DNA of 64,000 bases from Planctomycetaceae bacterium (GTDB lineage: Bacteria; Planctomycetota; Planctomycetia; Pirellulales; PNKZ01): NCBI GenBank assembly GCA_016793115.1, contig JAEUIN010000215.1, forward strand, positions 52 through 64,051, read 5' to 3'. How positions within the stretch are numbered: position 1 is the first letter of the stretch; each line of letters opens with the position of its first letter. Of this stretch, positions 28,340-39,419 are shown one piece after another. The notes beneath the pieces were generated by a model. It searched no databases. It was not told the DNA's origin and saw only the letters and a list, made by a program, of their open reading frames with translations. The position numbers and the translations under genes are program-made.

Positions 28340-29256
28340 CCGGCTTTCTGATTCGGCGACTTCTCTGGACCGGCGCGACGCTCTGGGTGGTGTTTACCAT
28401 CACGTTCTTTCTCATGCGCTCGGTTCCCGGCGGCCCGTTCGACGGCGAACGCAAACTCGATCCTGAAATCAAACGGAGCATCGAAGCTCGCTACCAACTC
28501 GACGATCCGCTCTATGTTCAATACTTCCGCGAACTCGGTAACGCCTTGCGAGGCGATCTCGGGCCAAGTTTCAAACTCGCCGATTTTTCGGTCAACGAGA
28601 TCATCGCCCAAGGCTTTCCCGTATCGGCATCGCTCGGGATCTTGGCGATGTGCGTCGCTCTGACGCTCGGACTTTCGGTCGGCATTATTGCGGGCGTTAG
28701 CCGCGGCCGTGCGCTGGACTACGGGCCGATGTCGTTGGCGACGCTTGGAATCGCACTTCCCGAATTCTTCGTCGCCCCGCTCGCGATCATACTTTTCGTC
28801 TTTATATGGCCGCTGTTTCCGGCCGCGGGCTGGGGCTCGTGGCGCCAACTCATATTGCCGAGCGTATGCCTTGGGCTTCCGTATGCGGCATACATCGCAA
28901 GGCTGATGCGGACCGGTATGCTCGACGTCCTCTCGCAAGACTACATTCGCACGGCTTACGCCAAAGGCCTGACGACGAAAGAAATCGTGTTTCGACACGC
29001 GGCCCGCGCCGCATTACTCCCGGTCGTTTCATTCCTCGGCCCAGCCACGGCTGGAATTCTCACCGGCAGCCTAATCGAAGAATCGATCTTCGCCATCCCC
29101 GGGCTCGGCATTCACTTTGTTCAAGCCGCGCAACAGCGAGATTATACGCTGGCCATGGGGCTCGTTTTGCTTTACTTCGTGATCCTGTCGGCGATGAACC
29201 TCGTCGTCGACGTGCTCTATAAACTGCTCGATCCGCGGGTCAAGATCGAATCATGA
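28336..29256 (+). CDS. oppB: Oligopeptide ABC permease
   Basis: PGGPF, GDLGPSF, YIRTAYAKGL, LLDPRV. Confidence 0.9.
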   Translation: MTGFLIRRLLWTGATLWVVFTITFFLMRSVPGGPFDGERKLDPEIKRSIEARYQLDDPLYVQYFRELGNALRGDLGPSFKLADFSVNEIIAQGFPVSASLGILAMCVALTLGLSVGIIAGVSRGRALDYGPMSLATLGIALPEFFVAPLAIILFVFIWPLFPAAGWGSWRQLILPSVCLGLPYAAYIARLMRTGMLDVLSQDYIRTAYAKGLTTKEIVFRHAARAALLPVVSFLGPATAGILTGSLIEESIFAIPGLGIHFVQAAQQRDYTLAMGLVLLYFVILSAMNLVVDVLYKLLDPRVKIES

Positions 29257-30368
29257 CGACGATCTCCGCCGACAACGATCGCGCGCGGCTGGAGCGACTT
29301 CGCGCGGAGTCGCGAAAGATCCGCGGCGTTTCACTTGGCCGCGACGCTTGGCGGCGACTGGTGCGCGATCATTCCGCCTTCGCGGCGTTGATTTTCTTGA
29401 TTCTGCTGGCGGTCCTGGCCGTCTTCACACCGTTTTTACCGCTCCAGCCGCCGCAAAAGATCGACATCGACCGCAAATTTGCGCCTCCGGTCGTAAGGCC
29501 GCTTTTCACTCAGTCGGCGGAATGGACCGACGAGGCGGGAAACACGATTGAAGATGCGATAGCGGAAGGTTTCGGCAATCTGAACGCGTTTGATTTAGCC
29601 CTACTCCGGGTGCGCGCGTCCCTATTCGGCCGACGGCAAGCCACGAATTGGCTAGGTACCGACGAACTCGGTCGTGATCAGTTGGCGCGTCTCTGTTGGG
29701 GGGCGCGCGTGTCGCTTCTCGTCGGCCTAGTCGCGGCGCTCGTTTCGCTCGCCATCGGAGTTTCCTACGGTGCGGTCTCCGGCTACGTTGGGGGCTGGGT
29801 CGACGCGGCGATGATGCGCCTCGTCGACGTGCTTTACTCCGTGCCGTTTATATTCATCGTAATCTTTTTAATCACGGTGTTGAGCGAGCCGGAGGTCGTC
29901 AAACCGTGGTTGCAAAAGCACGACATCGATCGAATCATGATCTTTTACGTCGTGGTCGGCGGGATCTACTGGCTGACGATGGCGCGCGTCGTTCGTGGAC
30001 AAGTGCTTTCGCTGAAGCAGCAACAATTCGTCGAAGCCGCGCGCACGATCGGCGCTGGACGCGCCCGCATCATCTTTCAACATATCGTGCCGAACCTCTT
30101 GAGCGTCATTATAGTGTATCTCACGCTCACGATTCCCCGCGTCATGCTGTTCGAAGCGTTTCTCTCGTTTCTCGGGCTCGGCGTCGAGCCGCCCGATGTG
30201 TCGTGGGGCCTTTTGGCCAACGACGGAGCGAAACATATCACGCCGGTCGGCGTGGTTTGGTGGCTCATCGTGGGGCCGGGAGTCGCGCTCGGAGCCACCT
30301 GCGTCGCATTAAATCGGCTGGGAGACGGGCTACGTGACGCGTTCGACCCGCGACTCAAGAATCGATAA
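29253..30368 (+). CDS. oppC: Oligopeptide ABC permease
   Basis: LGTDELGRD, FVEAARTIGA, HIVPN, LGDGLRDAFDP. Confidence 0.9.
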   Translation: MTTISADNDRARLERLRAESRKIRGVSLGRDAWRRLVRDHSAFAALIFLILLAVLAVFTPFLPLQPPQKIDIDRKFAPPVVRPLFTQSAEWTDEAGNTIEDAIAEGFGNLNAFDLALLRVRASLFGRRQATNWLGTDELGRDQLARLCWGARVSLLVGLVAALVSLAIGVSYGAVSGYVGGWVDAAMMRLVDVLYSVPFIFIVIFLITVLSEPEVVKPWLQKHDIDRIMIFYVVVGGIYWLTMARVVRGQVLSLKQQQFVEAARTIGAGRARIIFQHIVPNLLSVIIVYLTLTIPRVMLFEAFLSFLGLGVEPPDVSWGLLANDGAKHITPVGVVWWLIVGPGVALGATCVALNRLGDGLRDAFDPRLKNR

Positions 30369-30395
30369 CCGAACTAAGAATCGTAGACTTTTCGA

Positions 30396-31406
30396 ATGCC
30401 GCTTCTCGAAGTCGAAGAGTTGACCGTCGAATTCAAGACCGACGAAGGAAGGGTGCGCGCCGTCAACGAGGTTTCATTCCAAATTGACGCCGGCGAAACG
30501 TTGGGAATTGCGGGAGAAAGCGGATCGGGCAAGAGCGTAAGCAACTTGGCGTTGATGGGCCTGCTCCCTCAGCCGCCGGGGTGCATCACGTCCGGCCGCG
30601 CATTGTTTCGCGGAGAAGATCTACTAACGATGTCGCACGACAAGCTCCGCCTTATCCGCGGCCGACATGTCGCGATGATCTTCCAAGACCCGATGACGTC
30701 GCTCCATCCGCTCCTGACCGTCGCCGAGCAGCTGACGGAGATGACGCGTCGTCACCTCGGCTATTCGCGGAAACAAGCCCTCGATCATGCGGTGACGATG
30801 CTGGAGCGGGTGGGCATTCCCGCCGCCGGTCGCAGAGTGCACGAGTATCCGCACCAGTTTTCCGGCGGCATGCGACAGCGCGTGATGATCGCCATGGCGC
30901 TCTCGTGTAAGCCGGAATTGCTCATCGCTGACGAGCCTACGACCGCACTCGACGTGACCATCCAGGCGCAAATCCTCGAATTGTTGCAAGAACTGCAGCG
31001 TGAGGAAGGAACGGCCGTGATCCTAATTACGCACGACCTCGGCGTGATGGCCAATAGCTGCCGTCGGATCAACATCATGTACGGCGGCCGGATCGTCGAA
31101 GAGGCGCACGTCGACGCACTGTTTCATTCGCCGCGACATCCCTATACGCTCGGACTTTTGAACTCACGTCCTCGCGTCGACTCCGGAGGCCGCAGCCGTC
31201 TTGAGCCGATTCCGGGCCAGCCGCCGGACCTAGTTCATCTTCCCGCCGGCTGCATCTTTGAACCTCGCTGCCCGTTCTCAATCGCCCGCTGTGCGAGCGA
31301 ACGCCCGTTGTTAAGGCCCAGTGACGTGGGTAGTCGTTTCGCGTGCCACGTCGATGTCGTTTCGGCGCCGACGCACGCTCCCCGTTCCGCCGAGGTGCGG
31401 CCATGA
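30396..31406 (+). CDS. oppD: Oligopeptide ABC ATPase
   Basis: GESGSGKS, FSGGMRQR, ADEPTTALD. Confidence 0.9.
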   Translation: MPLLEVEELTVEFKTDEGRVRAVNEVSFQIDAGETLGIAGESGSGKSVSNLALMGLLPQPPGCITSGRALFRGEDLLTMSHDKLRLIRGRHVAMIFQDPMTSLHPLLTVAEQLTEMTRRHLGYSRKQALDHAVTMLERVGIPAAGRRVHEYPHQFSGGMRQRVMIAMALSCKPELLIADEPTTALDVTIQAQILELLQELQREEGTAVILITHDLGVMANSCRRINIMYGGRIVEEAHVDALFHSPRHPYTLGLLNSRPRVDSGGRSRLEPIPGQPPDLVHLPAGCIFEPRCPFSIARCASERPLLRPSDVGSRFACHVDVVSAPTHAPRSAEVRP

Positions 31407-32443
31407 CACCCGGCTCCTCGATATTGGAAGTTCGCGACCTCAAGGTCCACTTCCCGTTTCGTCGCGGCTCGCTATTACGCCCGATTCATGGTGCCGTGCG
31501 CGCCGTCGACGGTGTCAGCTTTTCGCTGCGCGAGGGAGAGACGCTCGGCTTGGTCGGCGAAAGCGGTTGCGGCAAGAGCACTCTCGCTCGGGCTTGCCTC
31601 AATTTGGTGCGGCCGACCGCAGGGGAAATCCTACTAAACGGCCGGTCGATCAAGAACTTGAAAGAATCGGCGATGCGAGAAGTGCGTCGCGATATGCAAA
31701 TGATCTTTCAAGACCCCTTCGCTTCGTTGAACCCGCGAATGACGGTAGGGCGCATCGTCGGCGAGCCGCTCGTGATTTTCTCGGATCTATCAAAACGCGA
31801 TCGCGAACTCGAGGTGCTGCGATTACTGGAACTCGTAGGACTCAATCCAAGATTTCTCAATCGCTATCCGCATGAATTCTCCGGCGGCCAACGCCAACGC
31901 ATCGGCATTGCGCGGGCGCTCGCGGTGCGACCGAAGATCATCTTTTGCGACGAACCGGTATCGGCGCTCGACGTCTCGATTCAAGCTCAAGTCGTCAATT
32001 TGCTCGATGAGCTACAACAAAAGCTCGGACTTGCGTACGTATTCATCGCACACGACCTCAGCGTAGTACGCCACATCTCGGATTGGGTCGGCGTGATGTA
32101 TCTGGGACGGATCGTCGAAATCGGGAATGCCGACGACGTATATCGCGATCCCCGTCATCCCTACACGCAAGCGCTGCTTTCGGCGGTTCCGATCGCCGAT
32201 CCCGTGGTCGAACGAATGCGCAAACGGATCGTGCTCACCGGAGACGTTCCTGCTCCCGATCGCCTTTATCCAGGTTGTCCATTCGCCGATCGCTGTCCCA
32301 TCGTCCGCGACGTTTGTCGCGAGAGTCCGCCTTCGCTAATTGAAATCGGCGCGACTAACGACGCACATCGCGCCGCATGTCTTTTCGCGCGTGAAAACGT
32401 CACCTTCGCCGCCCCGCACAACTCGTCCGATCGACGGGCCTAA
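31403..32443 (+). CDS. oppF: Oligopeptide ABC ATPase
   Basis: GESGCGKS, FSGGQRQR, DEPVSALD; ATGA overlap with oppD. Confidence 0.9.
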   Translation: MTPGSSILEVRDLKVHFPFRRGSLLRPIHGAVRAVDGVSFSLREGETLGLVGESGCGKSTLARACLNLVRPTAGEILLNGRSIKNLKESAMREVRRDMQMIFQDPFASLNPRMTVGRIVGEPLVIFSDLSKRDRELEVLRLLELVGLNPRFLNRYPHEFSGGQRQRIGIARALAVRPKIIFCDEPVSALDVSIQAQVVNLLDELQQKLGLAYVFIAHDLSVVRHISDWVGVMYLGRIVEIGNADDVYRDPRHPYTQALLSAVPIADPVVERMRKRIVLTGDVPAPDRLYPGCPFADRCPIVRDVCRESPPSLIEIGATNDAHRAACLFARENVTFAAPHNSSDRRA

Positions 32444-32753
32444 GAGATCGCTGAACGCTAAAGGCTTCGACGTGGCTAGCCGTTAGTTTGCCGCCGATAT
32501 CGGAAGTCGTCACTCGAACGCGGTCGCCCACGCCGAGCATCATCGGTTCGCTCGGTTTACCGTCTCGAACGACTTTACAGTCGGCCGCCAACAGTACAAG
32601 CAGGTTCTCACCTTGCTTATCGACGATCGTGATCGAACTCCTGCTTGCGGCGGCGATGCGGCCTTCGATCACTTCGTCGGCGGGTCCGGCGGCAATCGAG
32701 AGTTTCATCAGTCCGGAAGCGACGACGACGGCAATTCCGAGAAGGCGTTGCAT
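32400..32753 (-). CDS. Small exported beta-rich hypothetical protein
   Basis: Strong RBS AGGAGG; signal peptide; OB-like pattern RDGK...LGVGDRVRV. Confidence 0.6.
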   Translation of the reverse strand: MQRLLGIAVVVASGLMKLSIAAGPADEVIEGRIAAASRSSITIVDKQGENLLVLLAADCKVVRDGKPSEPMMLGVGDRVRVTTSDIGGKLTASHVEAFSVQRSLRPVDRTSCAGRRR

Positions 32754-32966
32754 AGGAATTCCTCCTGAGCGACATCGGATTTCCGTCGGGATACACCGAT
32801 GTGGACATCATAAAAACGGAGCTTGCCGATCCGATATGCAAACAGCATTCCAACGCCCCGCTAGCCCTCGCCGGCCGTCCGCCGGGAAAGACAACCCTTT
32901 CTCCCGGCGCCGGCACCTGAACAAGAATCGCCCTTAAAGAGCGACTGATGCGCAGGTTATCGGCGT

Positions 32967-33674
32967 CTATCCGAGTTCGCAGTCTTGCCCATGCGGCAAG
33001 TAGTAGCGAAGCGCTCCGAGAATCTGTTCGCGATGGCCGCCCCACGGCAAATAGAGTCCACGGAAGACTTCGAGCGGCGCTCCTGCCGAAGTGAGAAATA
33101 CCCCCCGTCGTCCAATCACGAAACGATCGATTGCAATCCAAGGTATTCGACGTGAGCGACCGAATACTTTCGTGGTAACACCCAAGGCGTTGAGTTCGAT
33201 TTGGGTCGGGACGTAATAGCGAGCGCACAGAAACAGCACGGCAAGCGCGCAGCCGAGCGTTGCCGCCCGCTGCCCAGTGATGCCCCAAACGACTAGCGGC
33301 GTAAGTACGACCAAAGCCGTGATCGATAACAATTCCCACACGGAATCGGCGACCGGCCAACTCCGCCAAGCCAGCGGTACCGGTGTGGCGGTTCGCGGAA
33401 ACGAACCCGCGCTTGGCACGCTGCCGGTCGTCGCAGGCCCGCTATACGCCGCCGTGGCACCATCGTCGAAACCGGACCAAGGTTTCAATTCACCGAGAGG
33501 CGAATTACCTGAGGATTGAGAACTAGCCGAGGTACCGGATTTCGACTCCGGCGTATCGCCCCGAACTACCATGGTCGACGAATTGCCTGCACCTTTGCCG
33601 AACACTTCAGGCGTCGGCGGCGTAGGAACCGCGATCTCAACGGCCGGCTCGTTCAACTTTTTTTCGTCGGTCAT
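32967..33674 (-). CDS. Hypothetical membrane protein
   Basis: Low-complexity N-terminus, two TM helices, PH-like tail RRIPW..I; RBS GGAAGGA. Confidence 0.6.
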   Translation of the reverse strand: MTDEKKLNEPAVEIAVPTPPTPEVFGKGAGNSSTMVVRGDTPESKSGTSASSQSSGNSPLGELKPWSGFDDGATAAYSGPATTGSVPSAGSFPRTATPVPLAWRSWPVADSVWELLSITALVVLTPLVVWGITGQRAATLGCALAVLFLCARYYVPTQIELNALGVTTKVFGRSRRIPWIAIDRFVIGRRGVFLTSAGAPLEVFRGLYLPWGGHREQILGALRYYLPHGQDCELG

Positions 33675-34098
33675 CGGCGGCGCATTCCTTCCGACGAGGC
33701 GTGAGAAGGAGTTGTTCGTCCGGTTCGGTTCAGACTTCCACGAGCGACAATCGCCAGAAACCAATAGAAGACCGTCGCAGCGACGCCCGACGTTATCGCG
33801 ACGGCGGGATAGTAATCTCGCATGAGAATCAACATCGGCGGCTCCGTCGCTTTTGCCGGCCGGCGAAACACGGGACCTGTGCCGCCGCTTTGCCGAATTG
33901 TTTCTTTCCGCCAGACATTCCACTCCGCTCCCGCTGCGGGATTTCCGAGGTTCGCAATCGTTCGATGCCGCGCCGTCTCAAGCCCAAAACAGGTCGCGCC
34001 GAGAATTGCAACGTAGCCTGCCACCATCACTATGCCGCTTCGATTCGGACGCACCGGCAAAAACACTCGATTACGAAAGTGGGATTTCGGGAACTTCC
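33671..34098 (-). CDS. Hypothetical two-TM protein (start uncertain)
   Basis: Hydrophobic segments flank W..WR..GPV.RR..EPPML; stop overlaps the next start (ATGA). Confidence 0.5.
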
Positions 34099-34101
34099 AT
34101 T

Positions 34102-35430
34102 CTACCTTCCTGCCGCGGAGGGGGCCGATTTTGTCGAAGGCATGAGTTCCAACAGCGCCGAACATGTTGCCGTGATTGCGGTTCGCAACGCCGGCTCTGC
34201 GTCGGGATGATAGAGCGGCGAATGCAACGACGGCGGCTCGAGACCTAGTCGCTTGTAGCCTGCCAATCGCTCGGCGTCGATCGTTCCCAGTCGAAACATA
34301 CATGCGGGAACGCCTGCGAGCCCGTACAGGCTAAAATCTTCGCCTCCCATCGATGGTTCCACGTCGACGACGTTCTCATCTCCCAAGACGCGCCGGAAGG
34401 TCGAAGTCATGCGAGCGGTAAGATCATGATCGTTGAACGTGGCCGGCATTCCTTCGCCCACCACGACTTTGGGCTCCGGCGCCCCCGCACTCGCTGCGGC
34501 GGCTTTGGCTTTTCGGCGGATACCTTCGAGTAGGTGCTTGCGCACTTCGGCCGAATAGCTTCGTACGGTCAGTTGCAACCTGCAAACGTCGCCGATGATG
34601 TTGTGCTTCGTTCCGCCGTGAATTGAACCGACGGTGATCACGGCCTGCACGCCCGGCTTCAACTCGCGCGCGATGATCGACTGTAGGTCGACGACGAAGT
34701 GAGAAGCGACGACGACCGGGTCGACCGTATTCTGAGGATATGCGCCGTGTCCCCCTTTGCCGTAGATCGCGACGTCGACGCTGTCGACGCTCGCCAAGAT
34801 GTATCCGGCCAAGGCCGCGACCTTGCCGGTCGGCAATCGGTGGTCGCAATGCAGCGCCAGCGCAATATCGGGTTTCGGAAATTTCGTAAAGAGACCGTCG
34901 TCCAGCATCGCCTTCGCGCCCAAGCCACGCTCTTCCGCAGGCTGGCCGATTAGCATCAACGTCCCGGTCCAACGATCCTTATGGCTCGCCATATAGCGTG
35001 CGGCGGCGACGACATTGGCGATATGCATGTCGTGACCGCAAGCGTGCATAACGCCGGTCGTTCCCCCTTCGGCGGCCGGTACCTTCACGGTCGACGCATA
35101 GACCAGCCCGGTTTTTTCTTCGACGGGCAAGGCGTCGAGATCGGTTCGGAACATGACGCAGGGACCGGCGCCGTTTTTGAGCAGCGCGACGACGCCGTGT
35201 CCACCGACGGCGGAAGTCACCTCAAAGCCCGCTCTTCGCAACTCTTCGGCCAACCGAGCCGCCGTTTCCTTTTCGAAGAGCGACAGTTCCGGATGAGAGT
35301 GGAAGTATTTGTAAACGTCGAGCAGTTCGCCGAGGTTTTTGTCGGCCCACACGCGCGGCTCTTCGGCCCCAAGGGACGTCGCCCAGAGCGTTAGGCTGAC
35401 GGCAAGGCAAATTCGCAACGGCAGGAACAT
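34102..35430 (-). CDS. M20D-family amidohydrolase, exported
   Basis: HPELS..E, RTDLDALP, MHACGHD, QPAEE, GKGGHG, MGGEDF. Confidence 0.9.
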   Translation of the reverse strand: MFLPLRICLAVSLTLWATSLGAEEPRVWADKNLGELLDVYKYFHSHPELSLFEKETAARLAEELRRAGFEVTSAVGGHGVVALLKNGAGPCVMFRTDLDALPVEEKTGLVYASTVKVPAAEGGTTGVMHACGHDMHIANVVAAARYMASHKDRWTGTLMLIGQPAEERGLGAKAMLDDGLFTKFPKPDIALALHCDHRLPTGKVAALAGYILASVDSVDVAIYGKGGHGAYPQNTVDPVVVASHFVVDLQSIIARELKPGVQAVITVGSIHGGTKHNIIGDVCRLQLTVRSYSAEVRKHLLEGIRRKAKAAAASAGAPEPKVVVGEGMPATFNDHDLTARMTSTFRRVLGDENVVDVEPSMGGEDFSLYGLAGVPACMFRLGTIDAERLAGYKRLGLEPPSLHSPLYHPDAEPALRTAITATCSALLELMPSTKSAPSAAGR

Positions 35431-35478
35431 CTCGGCAACTCCGCTGATTGCTCTTGAGAGATCGACCAGCCGGCTAAT

Positions 35479-36096
35479 CTAACCGAGCGCCCCGGTCGAC
35501 GCGAGTTGCTCCAGCATCGGCAGCAGCTTTCGCATCGCGCGCGCTCGGTGACTAATACACGCCTTGACGGCCGGGCTTAAGGTACCGAACGTGCGGTGAT
35601 ATTCGACGATTTCGAACAACGGATCGTAGCCGAAGCCGCCGGAGCCGTCGCGCTCGCGAACGATGCGGCCGCGACAGTAGTCTTCCGTACGAAACCGAAT
35701 CGCGCCCGCCGGATCGGCAAGAACGACATGGCACACATAGTATGCAGTGCGTCGATCGGGCGGCGCGTCCCCGAGTTCGGCAAGCAGCTTGTCGTTATTG
35801 GCTTCGTCGTCGCCGTGCCTGCCGGCGTAGAGCGCGGAGTCGACTCCGGGGAGCCCGCCGAGCGCGTCGACGCAGAGCCCGCTGTCGTCGGCCAACACCC
35901 AGTGCCGGAGTTGTCGGGCATATCCGACGGCCTTCAACGCGGCGTTGTCGGCGAACGTTCGACCGGTCTCGTCAACCGGGGGCAAACGAGGGAAATCGGC
36001 GAGCGTCAGGACGGCGATACCGAGCGGCCCGACAAGTTCGGAAAGCTCGCGCCCTTTTTTCTTGTTGCCGCTGCCGATGACCAGAGTGGGTGACAT
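35479..36096 (-). CDS. rdgB: dITP/XTP pyrophosphatase
   Basis: ADDSGL.VDALGG.PG, GFGYDP, SHR. Confidence 0.92.
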   Translation of the reverse strand: MSPTLVIGSGNKKKGRELSELVGPLGIAVLTLADFPRLPPVDETGRTFADNAALKAVGYARQLRHWVLADDSGLCVDALGGLPGVDSALYAGRHGDDEANNDKLLAELGDAPPDRRTAYYVCHVVLADPAGAIRFRTEDYCRGRIVRERDGSGGFGYDPLFEIVEYHRTFGTLSPAVKACISHRARAMRKLLPMLEQLASTGALG

Positions 36097-36183
36097 TGCG
36101 GGATTATGAACGATCGCCCGCGAATGATGAAGAGACCGAACCGAGTTTCCCGGCGCTCGCATCGCATTCGAACTTCGCCGCCG

Positions 36184-37323
36184 TTACCGCGAGCTCAATC
36201 GATCGCGATCGTAGGCGGAGGAAATCGAACGCCGGGGCACTTCGACCGGGAGCGGTTGCACGTCGAACGGAATATTCACGATGTTCTTGGGCGCGTAGTT
36301 CGTCTTGCCGCCGAGCTGGGTCGGCGTCGCGCCGAATGTCTGCATGATCTTGTGGATCTCCGGGTTAATCTCGATCTTCCCGTCCTCGCGCGGCGTGCCG
36401 ACATTTTCGAAGCTGCCGATCGTCACGAGGCTCGCGCCGTGATCGTGAAACTCATAGGCTTCATAACCTTTGGCCCGCAACGCCAGCGTCATTTTGTGGG
36501 CGTCGAGCGCGGCTTGCTCCAATTTGCTGCGGAGTTGCTTTTTTCCTTGCTCTACGGCTTCGATCTCTTTGGGAAGCGTAATCGCAGAGCCGGTAAACGT
36601 CGCTACTTTGACGCTGTATTTCCCAGGACACTTCAACAAGCTGTGCTCGATCGGCTCGTTCATTTTTTCGACGAGCGGATCGATCCCCTTCGGTTTGAAG
36701 TATTCTTCGGGGATCATGGGATTAGTCACCATGAACGCTTTGCCCATCGGGCCGCGACGTTTCAGTTCCTCGTCTTTCGACAACAACTGCGACGACAGCT
36801 GACGCCAGTTGGCCAGCGCAAGCGCACTTTTTTGGCCGGCTTTACTGAGCCGTTCGGGATCAAGGCATAGCGGCTTTAGGTAGCGAATTTTCTCGAGAAT
36901 GCGCTGTGCTTCCGGATCATCGACCGAAGGAAAATCACCGACCAACACGGCGACTTCTTGTCGTTGACCGTCCTTCTCATATTTCATCTGCTTCGGCCGG
37001 CCGTAGCGATCGACGCCGCGGCCGGTCACTTTACCGCTGAAGTCCCAATTCATTTCGTGAGTGAACGCCGTGAGCTTGTATTCACGGCGCAATTCCAGCA
37101 CGAGTTGTTTTGCTTGTTGTTCGCCTTCTTCGCCGGTGAAGGACGAACATAGGATCAGCCAAGGGCCGTTGCTCTCCGCAAGCGCATAATCCTTGTTTAC
37201 ATCGGCCTCAATGTGTTTGAACAGATTCAGCTTGCCCAACGGCGACTGTGCGTGAGCCGCTACTGCGGCGATCGACAACGTCATGGCCGCGGCAATGGCC
37301 TGAAACGCAAAAATGCGAAACAT
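36184..37323 (-). CDS. Exported hypothetical protein with two SPOR-like alpha/beta repeats
   Basis: Signal peptide ending AHA; duplicated pattern (SF.G...A..L...LR / TF.G...A......LR..G.EAY). Confidence 0.6.
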   Translation of the reverse strand: MFRIFAFQAIAAAMTLSIAAVAAHAQSPLGKLNLFKHIEADVNKDYALAESNGPWLILCSSFTGEEGEQQAKQLVLELRREYKLTAFTHEMNWDFSGKVTGRGVDRYGRPKQMKYEKDGQRQEVAVLVGDFPSVDDPEAQRILEKIRYLKPLCLDPERLSKAGQKSALALANWRQLSSQLLSKDEELKRRGPMGKAFMVTNPMIPEEYFKPKGIDPLVEKMNEPIEHSLLKCPGKYSVKVATFTGSAITLPKEIEAVEQGKKQLRSKLEQAALDAHKMTLALRAKGYEAYEFHDHGASLVTIGSFENVGTPREDGKIEINPEIHKIMQTFGATPTQLGGKTNYAPKNIVNIPFDVQPLPVEVPRRSISSAYDRDRLSSR

Positions 37324-37501
37324 GTCGTAGATCCCTGACGTTCAAAACGAGCCTGCAATCCGTCGCAGGCTCCTCAAAATTGCGTGCCCACCGAGGTCGG
37401 CGGTCCGATCGGGGCGGGACTTTAGCAGATGGCCGGCGATGTCACTAGACCAGCCCGCATGTGATAACCCAGCATGTCGCGGCGCGATCACTAAGACGGG
37501 T

Positions 37502-38803
37502 CTAGAGAGACCCCGCCGGCGGTAAGGCCTCGACTCGACCGGCCGACGATCGGCCGGCGACAACCTCGACGAGCGTACTGCGTTCCGGCAGCCGACCATG
37601 AAAATTTTCCGCCGAAAGCTCCATCTGGGCATACCGACATGCGGTGCCGGCAACGACGCCTTCGCGATCCACAAGCCGGCCCTCGACGAGAAGTTGCAGC
37701 CGACGACCGAACAGCGCCGCGTGATAACGATCTCGGAGCGAATCCGCCAGCGACTCCAATTCCGCAACCCGCCGCTGTTTCACGGGAGGCGATATTTGAT
37801 CGAACATCGTCGCCGCGTCAGTTCCCTGGCGGGCACTAAAAGGAAAAACGTGAATCTTCGAAAATCCGACGCGTTCGCAGACGGCGAGCGTCTCGGCAAA
37901 CTCCTGCTCCGTTTCACCGGGAAACCCGACGATGACGTCGGTCGTCAGCGCAGGCAGATCGAGTGAGTCCTGCAACAGCCGGCAGCGATCGACGAATCGC
38001 TGCGCGCCCCATCGTCGCCGCATACGGCGCAAAACCGTATCCGAGCCGCTCTGCATCGACACGTGCAGGTGCGGGCAGATGCGCTCGGGATATTTCGCCA
38101 TCACGGCGATCAACTCGCGCGTTACTTCGGTCGCTTCGATGCTTGACAGACGAATCCTAAACTCACCCTCGAGATTCGCGAGTCGTTCCAGCAAGTGCGA
38201 AAGGCGCAACCAATCCGTCTTCGCACGGCCCTGATTGAAATCGATGCCGTAATGTCCCAAATGGATCCCGGTCAGAACGACTTCGCGGTGACCGCCCGCG
38301 ACCAAGGCTTGCACTTCATCGACGATGTGCTCGACCGGCCGGCTGCGCAAGCCGGGCCGCACCGACGGTATGATGCAGAACGTACAGGAAAGAATGCAGC
38401 CGTCTTGCACTTTCACATAGGCTCGACGGCGGCCATCGAACCGCGTGATCCCGGTCGGCACGTCAACGACGCCGCAACGCTGCAAAAAATCGGGAAGCTC
38501 ACGTTTATCCGCAATGACTTCCGCGACGTTCGGCAAAGCCGCGACTTCCTCAGGGGCCCGCGTCGCGAAACATCCCATGACGACGATGCGCGCGTCGGGA
38601 TTGCGTTTGGCCAGCTGCCGAATCGTTTGCCGACTCTTTGCGTCACCCTCGTGGGTAACCGTGCACGTATTCACAATGCACAAATCAGCCGCCTCTTCCT
38701 CAAGCGCATCGCGAAAGCCGACGCGTTCCAGCCCCTGGCGCACGAACTCCGTTTCGTATTGATTGACGCGGCACCCGAGAGTCGCAGTTCGTAGAATCGG
38801 CAT
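37502..38803 (-). CDS. mtaB: tRNA t6A37 methylthiotransferase MtaB
   Basis: TLGCRVNQYE, NTCTVT, KVQDGC..SCTFC, HVFPFS.R.GT.A. Confidence 0.92.
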   Translation of the reverse strand: MPILRTATLGCRVNQYETEFVRQGLERVGFRDALEEEAADLCIVNTCTVTHEGDAKSRQTIRQLAKRNPDARIVVMGCFATRAPEEVAALPNVAEVIADKRELPDFLQRCGVVDVPTGITRFDGRRRAYVKVQDGCILSCTFCIIPSVRPGLRSRPVEHIVDEVQALVAGGHREVVLTGIHLGHYGIDFNQGRAKTDWLRLSHLLERLANLEGEFRIRLSSIEATEVTRELIAVMAKYPERICPHLHVSMQSGSDTVLRRMRRRWGAQRFVDRCRLLQDSLDLPALTTDVIVGFPGETEQEFAETLAVCERVGFSKIHVFPFSARQGTDAATMFDQISPPVKQRRVAELESLADSLRDRYHAALFGRRLQLLVEGRLVDREGVVAGTACRYAQMELSAENFHGRLPERSTLVEVVAGRSSAGRVEALPPAGSL

Positions 38804-38898
38804 GGAAAAAAGTCGGCAGCTAGAAAGCACAAAAACCGGCACGTTTAGGCGGACCACATCGCAATCATCGTTTTGCTTTCTGCATTTGACTTTCGCGT

Positions 38899-39267
38899 TT
38901 ACTCCGGCGCCGCTTCGATCGTCGACGACATGGAGCCTTGGCAGGCACGAATGTTCGGATCTTTGCCGTACGCCTTAATTTGATCTCGTTTGAGTTCCGC
39001 GTGCTCAAGCGTGGTCGTCAACACGATTGCCTTGCCGTGCAAGTCAACCTCTTTTGCCAGCAGATAACCCTTCTCCGGCGGATGCCCGAACAGTTCCATC
39101 AACATGACGATCACGTATTCATAGCTGTGATCGTCGTCGTTCCAAAGAACGACATGATACCGCGGCTGCTTCTTTCGCTTTTTATCCGGATCGGCGTGCT
39201 TCGACTCGGCCTCGACGACTTCCTCGACATCAGGCACGGCGACGGCGGCGGCTGAATCGTTCGACAC
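38899..39267 (-). CDS. clpS: Clp protease adaptor ClpS
   Basis: YHVVLWNDDDHSYEYV, EVD..G.A.V, EHAELK. Confidence 0.88.
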   Translation of the reverse strand: MSNDSAAAVAVPDVEEVVEAESKHADPDKKRKKQPRYHVVLWNDDDHSYEYVIVMLMELFGHPPEKGYLLAKEVDLHGKAIVLTTTLEHAELKRDQIKAYGKDPNIRACQGSMSSTIEAAPE

Positions 39268-39419
39268 GGCAACTCCCTCCGACGGCCAAAACCCGGCGCT
39301 CCGTACGATCCGGAGCCGTCGCTTTCACTTTCAAACCCGACCGCGAGGCTCGTATCCATTCGCGACGGAAGGCATTATATTAGCTCGCTTCGGAACCTGC
39401 AATTTACGGAGATTCACGC